Source of the DNA: Squalus acanthias
Lineage: Eukaryota
NCBI GenBank assembly: GCA_030390025.1
Contig: CM059425.1
Span: forward strand, 172,672,001-172,736,000
Direction: 5' to 3'
Length of the DNA: 64,000 nucleotides
Shown here piece by piece: positions 38,115-50,313 of this stretch. The notes under the pieces are model-generated. The model was not told where the DNA came from, searched no databases, and saw nothing but the letters and a program-made list of their open reading frames with translations. Numbering within the stretch: the first letter of the stretch is position 1; each line of letters opens with the position of its first letter. The translations under genes and the position numbers were made by a program.

Positions 38115-39397
38115 AAATATGAAGAAAGACTTGAAAAATTAGGGATTTTCTTATTAGAACAATGCTGATTACAGGCAGATATAATAGAAGTGTTTAAAAT
38201 TATGAAAGGATGGGACAGAGTCGATAGAAGCAGACTGTTTCCAGCAGTTAAGTTGTCAAGAATGAGGAGTCATAGATACAAGATTAAATAGAAAAGATTT
38301 ACAACAGAGGACACACACAGAGATTTGTGAGGCTGTGGAATTCACTTCCAGAGTTGGTAGTTGGGGCAGAAACTAGGTCAGCATTCAAGATGAGAATTCT
38401 AGGTGGATGTAGGAAAAGAGTTGAAGGGATATGGAAACAGGGTGGGTAAATGTGATTAGGACTATTTGCTTGCATGGAGGCTAACCGCTAACATGGACTG
38501 ATTGGGCCGAATGACCTGTTTCCATGTTGTAACTTGGAAGGCAGAAAGGTCAGGTCAGGAATCAGAGGAGGAGTGGAAATGGCAAGACCCAGAGAAATCA
38601 GATTATTCTTGGGTAGATAGAATAGAAATATTTAATAAAGCGGTCACTGCAAGAACAGAGAAACCTGGGGGTGTTTGTGCACAAATCTTTGAAGGTGGCA
38701 GGACAGGTTAATAAAGCATATGGGATCCTCAGCTTTATAAATAGAGGCATAGAGCATAAAAGCCATGAAGTTTTGCTAAATCTATATAAAACACTAGTTC
38801 TGCCCCAGCTGGAATATTGTGTTCAATTCCGGGGACCACACTTTAGGAAGGACGTGAAAGATTTGGAGAGGGTGCAGAAGAGATTTACGAGAATGGTTCC
38901 AAGGATGAGAGATTACAGTTATGTGGATAGAATTATAGAACAGTACAGGATAGAAGGAGGGCATTTGGCCCATCGAGTCTGCACCGGCTCTTTCGAAGAG
39001 CAATCCAGTTAGTCCCACTCCCCGCTCTTTCCCCATATCAATGCAATTATTTTCTCCTTCAAGTATTTATCCAATTCCCCTTTGAAGGCTACTGTTGAAT
39101 CTGTATCCAACATTAGGTAGTGCATTCCAAATCCTAACCACTTGTTGCATAAAAAAGTTTTTCCTCATGTTGCCTCTGGTTCTTTTGCCAATCACCTTGA
39201 TTCTGTGCCCTCTCGTTATCGACCCTTCAGCCATTGGAAACCGTCTGGAGAAGCTGGGGTTGTTATCTTTGGAGCAGAGAAGGCAAAGAGGAAATTTGAT
39301 AGAGGTGTTTAAAATCAATGGTTTAGATAGAGTAAATAAAGAGAAACTGTTTCCAATGGCTGAAGGGTCGATAACGAGAGGGCACAGATTTAAGGTT
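38115..39397. mobile_element. CR1 fragments, including an inverted 3' segment (38931-39241)
   Basis: LYKTLVLPQLEYCVQF and LEKLGLLSLEQRR on +; FFMQQVVRIWNALP on -. Confidence 0.8.
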
Positions 39398-39399
39398 TT

Positions 39400-39568
39400 G
39401 AGGTCATCATCACATTGCTATTTGTGGGACCTTGCTGTGCACAAATTGGCTGCTGCGTTTCCTACATTACAGTAGTGACTGCACTTCAAAAGTACTTAAT
39501 TGGCTATAAAGTGCTTTGGGACATCCTGAGGTCGTGAAAGGTGCAAAATAAATGCAAATCTTTCTTTC
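39400..39568 (+). mobile_element. Deu-SINE 3' fragment
   Basis: ggtcatcatcacattgctatttgtgggaccttgctgtgcacaaattggctgc... matches 34255-34420. Confidence 0.85.
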
Positions 39569-41112
39569 TATGAGCAACAAATACAAATTATGTAAATTGC
39601 TGCCTCATATTGAAAGAGTGTTTTGATTCCAGATATTCATATCGAAGTAACAAGTTAACATGTAATGCATCTACTAAGATTAGATGGGAAATGCATCTGA
39701 GATGGAGCAGCTGGGAGCAACATCTTGAAAGTCTGAACAAGGGTGTTACATTAGGAACGGTCCCTCTGGAAGACTGAGAGGAGAGGGGATGGTGTGCTTG
39801 GAGATGATGCATGATCTAGTATATGTGGGGGCTAGTTAGATGGAATGTTAACCCCTCTCTCCCGCCTGGCGGGGCTGGGAAGGGTTAATATCTGCCTTTG
39901 TATCTGTTATAGATATTTATGGAAAGCCAACTTTGAGATAGAGACTGTGAGGAAGGAGAGAGTCAGAGGTGAAAATGAGAACTATAGTCAGACAGTGTCT
40001 CCAGATCAGAGGTGAGATGGGAAGTGCACCAACACAGTAATGAACAAGGAGATGAGGAGTGGGCCTGAGAAAGATTTAAATAAACAATGCCCAGTAATTT
40101 TGACGTGCTTATTTAAGCATGCCCACTACTTTGTGCCCTCCCTAGGGACTGCACCTTGACATGGTATAAAGGGTTGTGTGCTCCTATGACCCGGAGAGCC
40201 TTGCTGGCAGGAGTAGATTCCTAGTAGGGACACCCAAGCCAGACAGGTCAACAGTAGGAGCCAGAATAAAGGCGCTCCACCAGTTTTTCCAGGTAGGGTG
40301 TTGAGTGATGTTGTCTACGTAAACATGTCTTTTGTTACGGAAACAACCAAGAGACCCGAGGAGGGCGAGATCGTTGGGGGGGAAGTGGGGGGTCCGATCG
40401 CAGAGGAGATTGCGAGGAGTGGCAAACAGGTTAGCTTGAGGGGCCCAGGGGAAACACTTCTGCTCCTTCTGACCCACAAGCAGTGCTGTAAGGGCACTTA
40501 CATGATAGTTCCGGCCATTCTCGCTTCCCTGCAGTTGCCGGGTTTCCTGAGCCCTGGGAAACCTAACCCGCAGGCGTTAGATGTAAAACACAGCTAAAAT
40601 TTGAGCCATATAGCCTCATTATCATATTTAAATTAGGGGCCCACCTCTCGAGCAGGTTAGTTGCCTGCCCTACCCCCAATCCGCCGCCGTTAAAGCCGGA
40701 AGTAGGTGGGTTGGGGTTGGGTTTCCCATTTTTGAATTTTTAAACCCCCCTCTCCCACAAGTCTTGGGGGGGGGGGGGGGGGGGGGGGGTTAAAATACCC
40801 CCCCCCCACTGATGAGCCTGTTACAGACTTGCAAATATAAACTGTGGAAAACCATGATCTGCTGGATGTAAGGCAAGATGATACTCCAATTGGAATCAAG
40901 TAACTTGCTCTGGACAGACAGAGTGGAAGAAATGAGATGCCTCATGTGTAACTAGGCACTGGAGACATTAACTAACTAATTAATTACTTTGTGGTGTGAA
41001 CCCATCAGTAAAGCTTATAAAATATTAAGTATATTCTAGAGATGCAGAACCTTGGAAGAATATGAGTTGAAATTAAGATATTTTAAGATATTCATATTGT
41101 TATTGTTACCAG

Positions 41113-41284
41113 GTTGGCTGAAAACATTTGATGATTACTACAGAGATCAGACTCAGCATATCCTGAACAACATGGTGGTGAAGCTGCAAGAAGATGTTCG
41201 CAGAAAATTTATCTGGTCTGAGATTTCATACTTTTCGAAGTGGTGGAGCACCATAGATAGCCAGAAGAAAGATGCTGTCAAAAG
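41113..41284 (+). CDS. MAN2A1: MAN2A1 exon 4 equivalent, 172 nt
   Basis: Acceptor ttgttaccAG; donor AAAG|GTTTGC at 41285. Translates (G)[56 protein letters not shown](R). Phases fit both neighbouring exons. Confidence 0.95.
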
Positions 41285-41567
41285 GTTTGCAGTTTATCAA
41301 AAACAATATCGGCTATTATATGGCTAAACTCAAATAATTGATGTACAATTTTAGGAGATTCTAAGCATTGGCAGGTCAGTTACCCCAGGTAAATTTAGTT
41401 GAAAAGTGCAAATGCTTTTATGCCATATTGGCTTGTGATAACTGCTCTTCTATTTATCTGCTGAAGTAATATTGATATTTTAGAACTTTACAGCTAAGTA
41501 CTCTAACTTAGTGAACCATAGATTGTTCAGATTTCGGACCGTGTGGGCTGACAAAATTAGAGTCCAA

Positions 41568-42452
41568 GGGGGAAAAATTCAGTTGGTTGCGCCTCCCGTT
41601 AGCGCCTTAAGAGGGCGCTAATGGGGCGCAAAGCAACTAGCGCCTGGGCGCGGTGATGTTTGCGCCGCTCGCGAAATTAACTCGACATTTTGTGGCGACG
41701 CTAAACACTACCGCCATGATCTCCTGCGGCAGCAGATCGTGACGTCAGTCGAGCGGGCAATGCCCTGGTAGCACCCCGGAGTGGATATTGAGTGGCGCCC
41801 CCCTGCCTTACCGCCTGCCGCGAGCAACGACAGGTTGAGGGGAGCGTTTTGCAGTCAGGAAGGGACTGGGGGAGCGCTATTTAAAGGCGACCGCTTCCTG
41901 CCTTTTTTTGTTGGTGACATTTTTGAACCACGCATTCTGAGAGAGAGGGACTTCTGGAGAGATTCAACGCTGTGTGAAGGAGTTTTGGGTACTGAGCAGC
42001 ACTTTGCAGGTTCATTTTGATTTGCCCTTCCTTGTATCGATTTAGAAGAGATTGTGGGGGTTGCACTCTGAGCTCTTTCCCTGGTTGTCTCTATTCTTTC
42101 CAGTAGATTTGATGTACAGGTCTCTCCAGGCCGAGATTCAAGGCTGCAATGAGCAGGATGTGGATGGAGAGCAAGATCAACCCTCCCCTTTAAGAACTGG
42201 CCAGCGCCATTGTGTCTGTGTTCCATTGCTGACTGACATCACACGAGCTTCGCCAGCGCTCTGAGTTAGCGCCTCGCTCCTCGGCCTTTGCGCCTTAAGA
42301 CAGATGTGTAGCGCCTGATTTAGCGCTCCAATCAGCTCCAGGGGCGATAAAAGTCAAGTTTGCAGTCGGAGGCGATAATTAGCGCCAGGCGCTAATCTTT
42401 GCGCCCGGCCGATAATTGCGCCCCAAACGGGGCGATACTGAATTTTTCCCCC
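41568..42452. mobile_element. PIF/Harbinger-type MITE, CpG-rich, 885 bp
   Basis: Perfect 16-bp TIR GGGGGAAAAATTCAGT; 3-bp TSD CAA/CAA; many subterminal AGCGCC/GGCGCT motifs. Confidence 0.88.
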
Positions 42453-43499
42453 CAACAGTCCACCTGCTCTAATGACAGTCGAGGGTCTTGCGGGAGAGTT
42501 ATCAGGCAGTTTACAACTGATATTAGTTATGTGCTGACAGGGTGTGTTGTCCATATAGCACCTGTGCTGGCTGAAAAAATGTCAAGTTAGAATTTTAAAA
42601 GCACTAATGGAACTCCACTGGTATTATTCAAGGTTAGTTGAATGATATGCTATTTTATTACATGGGCCCACAAACACTCAACAACAATCACTTCCAGTTC
42701 CATTCCCAGTAAAGCCAGAAATTCCTCCTCCTCCCCGTGTGAAATGGGCAGTGTTATGGAGGGTAACACATTCCGAAGGTTCCCTGCACTGCCCTCCCTT
42801 TGTGTATACATTAAAAAAATTTAGATAGTGTTTGCCAGAGCTCCGACTAGCATCAAAGACCTCTTACTTCACACAAGTATTAATTTTAAGAAAAATATAT
42901 ATTCTTGTGCAACTGCACCTCCGTGCTGAATTCCCATTGAGGCCAAACTCCACATTCTCCTGGCCTGTCTGACTTCACTGGCTTATTACAGCTCGTGAAT
43001 GAGTTCTTGCTGTTGCAAACAACCCCTTGAATATTGTAACATATCTGGATTTTCAGGAAAATTACCTCAAACAGTTGGAATTCATGCTTTACCTTCTCTT
43101 TTGCATTTTATAAAAAAAAAAAATTCCAGTTACTTTCTCTGTTCTAAAATTGGTTGCCCTCGTGGTTTCATTCTCAGTAATTTTACATTGTTGCACCAGA
43201 GTTGAGGAGGGTAAGTGCTTACAAACAGGAAGTACTGGCATACTCTGTAAATAGCTGGTCTTGTTGGCAAAGCACAATTGCTATAAGTTGTATACATAGG
43301 TGCATGCCGGATACTGTAGCTTACTAGCTTGAGTCTTTTTACTAATTTATGTCCCTGGGAACCTGCACGAACTCCAAGTTCAGGCTTCTCAACATGTCAC
43401 AGGCCTCTGTTGCAGGCTTTGTTATGCATCTTATTTTCAGTACTAAATGTGCAGTTTAGTGAAGAAGCCAAGATGTAGATAGAACTTTAAACTAAAATA

Positions 43500-46400
43500 G
43501 TGAGGGGAAATTTATAAATCTAAAGAGAAAAGTCAAGGCAATGAAGCAGTGTAGCGATTTGAGTAAAGATAAGTAGAGTGTGACAGCAAGGGACAGAGAG
43601 TTTAACGGTAATAGTGCATCAGTGAATAAGGTGAAAGCAGGGAATAATGGTTTAAAAAGTTAAAATGAAAGGCTCTTTACCTGAATGCATGAAGCATTCA
43701 TAACAAGATAGATGAATTTGTGGCACTAATAGAGATAAATGAGTTCAATATAATAGCCATTACAGAGATGTGGTTGCACGGTGACCAAGGTTGGGAACTA
43801 AATATTCCAGGGTACTTGATGTTTTGAAAAGATAGGCAGAATGGAAAGGGAGTGGGGTAGCCCTGATGATAAAGGATGACATAAGGACAATAGTGAGAAA
43901 GGATCTTGGCTCAAAAGATCAGGAAGTAGAAATGGTATGGGTGGAAATAAGAAATAACAAGGGATAGAAAACACTGGTGAGAGAAGTTTATAGGCCCCTA
44001 ACAGTAGCTATATCGTTGGACAGAGTACAAATGAAGAAATAATAGGCGCTTGTAACAAAGGTAATGCAATAATCCTGGGGCACTTTAATCTTCATATAGA
44101 CTGGGCAAATCAAATTGGCAAAGGTAGTCTGGAGGACGAGTTCATGAATGCATTCGAGCCAGTTTCCTAGAAGAATATTCCATGGAACCAACCAGGGAAC
44201 AGGCTATTTTAGATCTTGTATTGTGTAATGAGACAGGGTTAATTAGTAATCTCATAGTAAATGATCCTCTGGGGAAGAGTGATGATAATATGATAGAATT
44301 TCACATTGAGTTTGAGAGTGAAATACATAAATCCAAAACGAGAGTCTTAAACTTAAATAAAGCCAATTACATAGGTATGAGGGACGAGTTGGCTAAGGTA
44401 GATTGGGAAATTAGATTTAAAAAGTATGATGGTAGATGAGCAGTGGCAAACATTTTAAGAAATATTCCAAAATTCTCAACGAATATACATTCCATTGAGA
44501 ATTAAAAACTCCACGGGAAAAGTGATCCATCCGTGGCTAACTAAAGAAATTAATGATAGTATTGGATTAAAAGAAGAGGCTTATAATGTTGCGAAGCCTG
44601 AGGATTGGGAGAGCTTTAGAAACCAGCAAAGGATAACCAAAAAATTGCTAAAAAGGGAGAAAATAGAATGAGCGAAAACTAGCAAAAAATATAAAAACAA
44701 ATTGTAAGAATTTCTACAAGTATGTAAAAAGGAAGAGAGTAGCAAAAGTAAGTGTTGGTCCCTTAGAGGCGGAGACAGGAAAAAGTATAATGGTGAATAA
44801 GGAAATGGCAGAGACTTTAAACAAATATTTTATATCTGCCTTCACAGTGGAAGACACAAAAAACATACCAAAAATAGTGGGGAACCAAGGAGCTAATGAG
44901 TGAGGAACTTAAAGTAACTAAAATCAGTAGAGAAAAAGTACTTGAGAAACTAATGGGACTAAAAGCTGAAAAATCCCTTGGGTCTGCTGGCTTCCATCCT
45001 AGGGTTCTAAGAGGTGGCTGCAGAGACAGTGGATGCATTGGTTGTGATCTTCCAAAATTCCCTAGATCTAGAATGGTCTCAGCAGATTGGAAGGTAGCAA
45101 ATGTAACCCTGCTATTCAAGAAAGGAGGGAGAAAGAAAACGGGGAACTATAGACCAGTTAGCCTGACATCAGTCGTCGGGGAAAATGCTGGAATCCATTA
45201 TTAAGGAAGTGGTAACAGGGCGCTTAGAAAATCATCACATAATTAGGTAGAGTCAACATGGTTTTATGAAAGGGAAATCATGTTTAACAAATTTATAAGA
45301 GCTTTCTGAGGATGTAACTAGCAGGGTAGATAAAGGGGAACCACTGGATGTAGTATATTTGGCTTTCCAAAAGGCATGCGATAAGGTGCCACATAAAAGG
45401 TTGCTACGCAAGATATGGGGTTGGGGGTAATATATTAGCAAGGATAGAGGATTAATTCACGGACAGAAGGGATAAACGGGTCATTTTCAGGTTGGCAGGC
45501 TGTAACTAGTGGAGTGCCGCAAGGATCAGTGCTTGGGCCTCAGCTATTTACAATCTATATTAATGACTTGGATGAAGGGGACCGAGTGGAACGTATCCAA
45601 ATTAGCTGACGATACAAAGCTAGGTGGGAAAGTAAGCTGTTAGGAGGACACAAAGAGGCTGCAAAAGGATATAGACAGGTTAAGTGAGTGGGCAATAAGG
45701 TGGCAGATGGAGTATAATGTGGGGAAATGTGAGGTTATTCACTTTGGTAGGAAGAATAGAAAAACAGAATATTTTTTAACTGGTGAGAAACTATTAAATG
45801 TTGGTGTTCAGTGAGATTTAGGTGTCCTCGTACAGGAAACAGAGGCCGCGATTTTCCCTACCTCGACGGGTCCGTGGCGGGCGACGTCGGTGGCAGATCT
45901 CGGCCCCGCTGTTGGCTCCATCCCGGCCTCCGACATGACTTTCCCCTGATTGGGCTTGTTAAGCCCGCCCAGCAAGTTTCCCGGCCAATTGAAGGAAGCG
46001 GGTCTGATGACGCGGAAGCGGGTCTGATGACGCGGCATCAGCCGGTTTCCTTAAAGGGACCATGCGCAAATTTACTTTGACATTTGTACTGTCAGTGTTC
46101 TACAGCATTGAGGTGCTGCAAACACTGACAAGCACTCCACAGAGGTGCATGGCTGTACCCAAGCTCTCCCATGACTCCCTCCATATGTTTATGGAGGGAG
46201 TCACAGCACGCAGGGAGGTCCTTTTTCCATCCCATGGGCGTAAGAGACCTCCCCAGGAGACCAGCGCAGCCTGGTTGCACATTGCACAGGAGGGCACAAG
46301 CAGGAATGTCGTCAGGAGGACCAGGCTGCAGTGGCGCAAACCTTTCAATGATCACGAAACGTTACTGCAAAGCCACACTCGACCTCATCCTGCTGTGCCA

Positions 46401-48232
46401 CTCATCACATCTCCATCACTCTGCCTTCCCTACCCTACTCCTGCACATCCTTCCTCACACTAACTTACCTTGCACCTCCACCCATCCCTAGCTATCTACA
46501 TTATCACTTCCCCCATCTCACTAGCCACCCCTCCCACTCACCTTCATCCTAGTCCAATCATATCAACTAACAACACACAAGGCTATGCATTTGTGTGTTT
46601 TAGCCAATGTTCATGTGAAGTTTCTGTTAAGGTGCTGTCAAACATTGAAGTCTTTATTTTCAACACTTTGCTTTCTTGGACAGATTTGTGTACACCTGTG
46701 GAAGTGGCTTAGTGAGTTGCAGTGAATGGTGAGACATAACAATATCCTCCGCAATGCTGATGAGTGTGAAAGGAATGGCTTGGTCATTGTAGGGATGCTT
46801 TATGTTGTTGGTGTGGGGTGGTGCCAACCTGGCGTATCTTGTGGCAGCCAGGGTGTGCAGCGTCAAGTGAAGTAAATGTGGCTATGGTGAGGCCATCCCT
46901 GGCATCACGGGCAGCAATGTGGTTGGGTGCTGATGCCCTCTGTCCTGTGCAGCATCAGTTGATTGCGGAGAAGGTTGTTGTTGTGCCTGGTGATGCTGGT
47001 GTTGGGGCTGATCGTGGTCAGATTCTGAGGACCAAGGTGAGAGAGTTTCAAGGGCACCCATGCTGATGGAATAGATGGCAGGTGAAGTAGAGATGACAGA
47101 AGCGATCTATCAATTGTGGGGGAGGTAATGAGGTCAGACAACATCCTGAATCTGTAGTGGAAATGCAGTTTAGAGATGCTAGTGCTTAAGGGAAGATATC
47201 TGAATCAGCTGGGAGCTTTGAGTTGACATTTGAAGCTGTCAACTCATCAGCTGATTCAATGGCCACTGACCTCCTGCCTTAGCTTCACTGACAAGGTCTA
47301 GGCACAGCGGGAAACCCGTGGGAGACCTGTGAAAGTTAAAAAGCTGGGGGAAAGAATCATTGTTAAGTGGCTGTAATCAAGCCACTAATGATTTCAATTG
47401 GGTTCCCTGCTGCTGCTTGTCGGGTCTGCTCAGCACTGGCAGACTCGCCAAGGGAAAGGCACGTTCCCGACCCGCTGTCAATCATTTTAAATTTCACAGC
47501 TGACCCGCCACAAGTCGGGTCCACTGAGCGCCGGCAAAATCATGGCCAGCGAGTTAGCATGCAGGTACAGCAAGCAATTAGGAAGGCAAATGGCATGTTG
47601 GCCTTTATTGCAAGGGGGTTGGAGTACAAGAGTAAGGAAGTCTTGCTACAACTGTAATGGGCTTTGGTGAGACCATACCTGGAGTACTGTGCACAGTTTT
47701 GGTCTCCTTATCTGAGGAAGGATATATTTGCCTTCGAGGCAGTGCAACGAAGGTTTACTAAATTGATTCCTGGGATGAGAGGGTTGTCTTATGAGGAGAG
47801 ATTGAGTAGAATGGGCCTATACTCTAGAGTTTAGAAGAATGAGAGGTGATCTCAATGAAATATACAAGATTCTGAAGGGAATTGACAGGGTAGATGCTGA
47901 GAGGTTGTTTCCCCTGGTTGGTGAGTCTAGAACTAAGGGGCATAGTCTCAGGATAAGGGATCAGCCATTTAAGACTGAGATGAAGAGGAATTTCTTCACT
48001 CACGGTTGTGAATCTTTAGAATTCTCTAGCCCAAAGGGCTGTGGATGCTGAGTCGTTGAGTATATTCAAGGCTGAGATAGATAGATTTTTGGACTCTAGG
48101 GGAATCAAAGGATATGGGGATCGGGCAGGAAAGTGTAATTGAGGTCAAAGATCAGCCATGATCTTACTAAATGGCGGAGAAGGTTCGAGGGGCTGTATGG
48201 CCGACTCCTGCTCATAATTCTTATGTTCTTAA
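43500..48232 (+). mobile_element. Near full-length but degenerate CR1 ORF2 and 3'UTR, interrupted at 45844-47547
   Basis: Endonuclease (EPTREQAILDLVLCN), RT (GNYRPVSLTSVVG, KLADDTK), QVQQAIRKANGMLAFI resuming at 47548; tail ttcttatgttctta. Confidence 0.9.
45844..47547 (+). mobile_element. Internally deleted PIF/Harbinger transposon retaining a Myb/SANT-like ORF remnant
   Basis: TIRs GGCCGCGATTTT / AAAATCATGGCC; flanks aga/agc; inserted cleanly into a CR1. 46149-46355 encodes MAVPKLSHDSLHMFMEGVTARREVLFP...SAAWLHIAQEGTSRNVVRRTRLQWRKPFND. Confidence 0.8.
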
Positions 48233-48351
48233 GATGGTGGCTGAAAGATTTTCCAAAAGTATTTGGCACATTTTGATTGCTTTCACTTTTTTATTGGTAA
48301 ATTTTTATGGCTACTTATTTTTGATTTGGGGTTTAAAGAAAAAGGACTTGC

Positions 48352-48546
48352 TAAACCTCTCTGTGGCTCTACCTCGCCCTCCTCCTTTAAGATGCTCCTT
48401 AAAACCTACCTCTTTGACCAAGCTTTTGGTCACTTGTCCTAATATCTTCCTATGTGGCTTGGCGTCAGATTTTGTCAGATAACGCTCCTGTGACGCGCCT
48501 TGGGATGTTTTACTACGTTAGAGGTGCTATATAATTACAACTTGTC
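48352..48546 (+). mobile_element. L2 3' tail fragment
   Basis: cctcctttaagatgctccttaaaacctacctctttgaccaagc...gctatataattacaac, matching 2190-2380. Confidence 0.85.
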
Positions 48547-50184
48547 ATTGTACATTATATGGCATTTACAACATGGAAACAGGCTATTTGGCACAACCAG
48601 TCTGCATTGGTGTTTATCCTCCATTAGTAGTCCTGTTCCCATGTGATAATGGGGTGAGAATAGGACAATGCGGAAGGTAAAAGTATTATGGGAGGGGAAG
48701 GTAGAGTAGGGTTGCAATGGGGTGGAGGCTGGTGGAGTGGTGAAGTAGATGGTAGAGTAGGTTCAGAAGGAGGGAGGTGTAAGGTAAAGTATAATAGGGC
48801 AAAGAAAAGTTTGATGCCTGCGGGCATGACGGGTTAGAGAATGTTAGACTAGGCCTGAAGCTGAGAGGAAGTGGTCTCAGTGACACCAGTACATTAAGGA
48901 CGGAGGGTCGGGGAAAGGGGGAGAGGATGGGGGTGGTGGGGGGCGGGTGTGGAAAGACGATAAGTTAGTTGAAAATGGAGCTCAGTGAAATTAATTTAAA
49001 AAGATGGAGGATTCATAAATTTAAAGCATCCTTGCACACAGTGGACAGAAATATAATTAAAGAAAGTTGCCAATGGTCGTAAAAATGAATGAAATGAATT
49101 GGGGAGAAACTTGACAATTAATTAAATAAAAACACGGGGTTAATAAAATAAAAGGGCCTTTACAAATCAGCAGAATTAAAGATGCAGACTACCATTGGGT
49201 AATTTAATTAAAGACCAGGGCCTGCACTGGAAAAATTAATTATGTATAGAATCTGGCATCAGGAACCAGATTCTATACATAATTAATTGGGGTGCTGTGA
49301 GGGATGCCAGGGTGTCAAGCAAGATGACTGATCGACCGGAAACAGCAGAGGATGATGGGAGTGGGAGCACTATCTGCCAATCTGGAATGCCAGTGCTTTA
49401 AGGACCGGTGCCGAGTCGGACACCAGGGCCAATAGTGGGGCGAACGATCAGCCAGCAGCAGTGGGTAAATGGCCAAAGATCAAAATGGGGTGCATACACA
49501 CAACAGGCCAGAAGATGATGGAATGTAGTACACAGTGATTTTATGGATGAAGGAGCGGGGTAGTCCATGTCTTGACCAGGAGCCACGGCAGTCGGCACAA
49601 ACAGCTTATAGGGCAGTAGCAGAGAAGGGCTCCGCTCCAACAGAGTCTTGCTACTTATGATAAAACTGCGACAAAGAGTGAAAAACAACAGTAAAATTAC
49701 AAAATTTATCTTTTAATATATATAAAATTTAAAAGATCAAATAGGCCTGGAGTTTCCACATGATTTCTGCCCATTTATGAGCGTAATCTGGGCGTAATCG
49801 ATTGTAAAACAGTGCTAAGATCGCGGAATTTTAAGCGTAAGTGAGTTGTACCCATAACCACTTTTCACTAAAATATCTGTGATCCTTTATACTGGTTCAA
49901 ACGCCCATACGCCCGCAGCAGTCACCGCCCACAAAACTGGCGACGGCCCCAGGTTTGTGCCCGTTGTACTGGGGTGTTCATCACATTGTGCCCAGATACT
50001 TGGGCGCATAAGGCACCCGTGGTCACAGGAATCCAGCGTTTGTCACTTGTACTCGCAGTGACCAGCAGTCAGTTGAAGCCTGACCCAGATCTGTTTCTCC
50101 TGCTGCTGGTGCTGCTACAATTACTTTAAATTCAATTTAAATTAATCTAATTTCGGTCAATTGAGCTGCCCTGGTACATAAGAC

Positions 50185-50313
50185 TTCACCTGAGGAAGGA
50201 GCAAATCGATAGCTCCGAAAGCTTGTGATTTCAAATAAAACTGTTGGACTATAACCTGGTGTTGTGCGACCTCTCAATTTTGTCCACCCCAGTCCAACAC
50301 CGGCATCTCCGCA
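50185..50313 (+). mobile_element. 129-bp insertion beginning with a hammerhead motif, probably from a second Penelope-like family
   Basis: Flanked by the 9-bp direct repeat ACATAAGAC (50176-50184, 50314-50322); AATAAA follows the motif. Confidence 0.7.
50186..50228 (+). ncRNA. Minimal type I hammerhead ribozyme motif, fully intact
   Basis: tcac-CTGAGGA-a-ggagc(aaatcgata)gctcc-GAAA-gctt-gtga: helix I tcac/gtga, helix II 5 bp, palindromic helix III AAGCTT, CUU triplet. Confidence 0.72.

Noticed and set aside
39848..39888. TTAA-CCC...GGG-TTAA mini piggyBac
   Set aside because: Only 33 bp with imperfect arms; a similar hairpin at ~40741-40795 suggests a fragment of a Harbinger-type MITE end. 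Cannot be resolved.
40767..40788. Long G run (also C runs at 112-128 and 61535-61557) as functional G-quadruplexes
   Set aside because: Homopolymer expansions, mostly within repeats, and prone to sequencing error.
45994..46033. Tandem 20-mer containing CTGATGA as a hammerhead, snoRNA box or CRISPR-like repeat
   Set aside because: No helix II/GAAA partner and no spacers; a simple two-copy duplication inside the Harbinger element.
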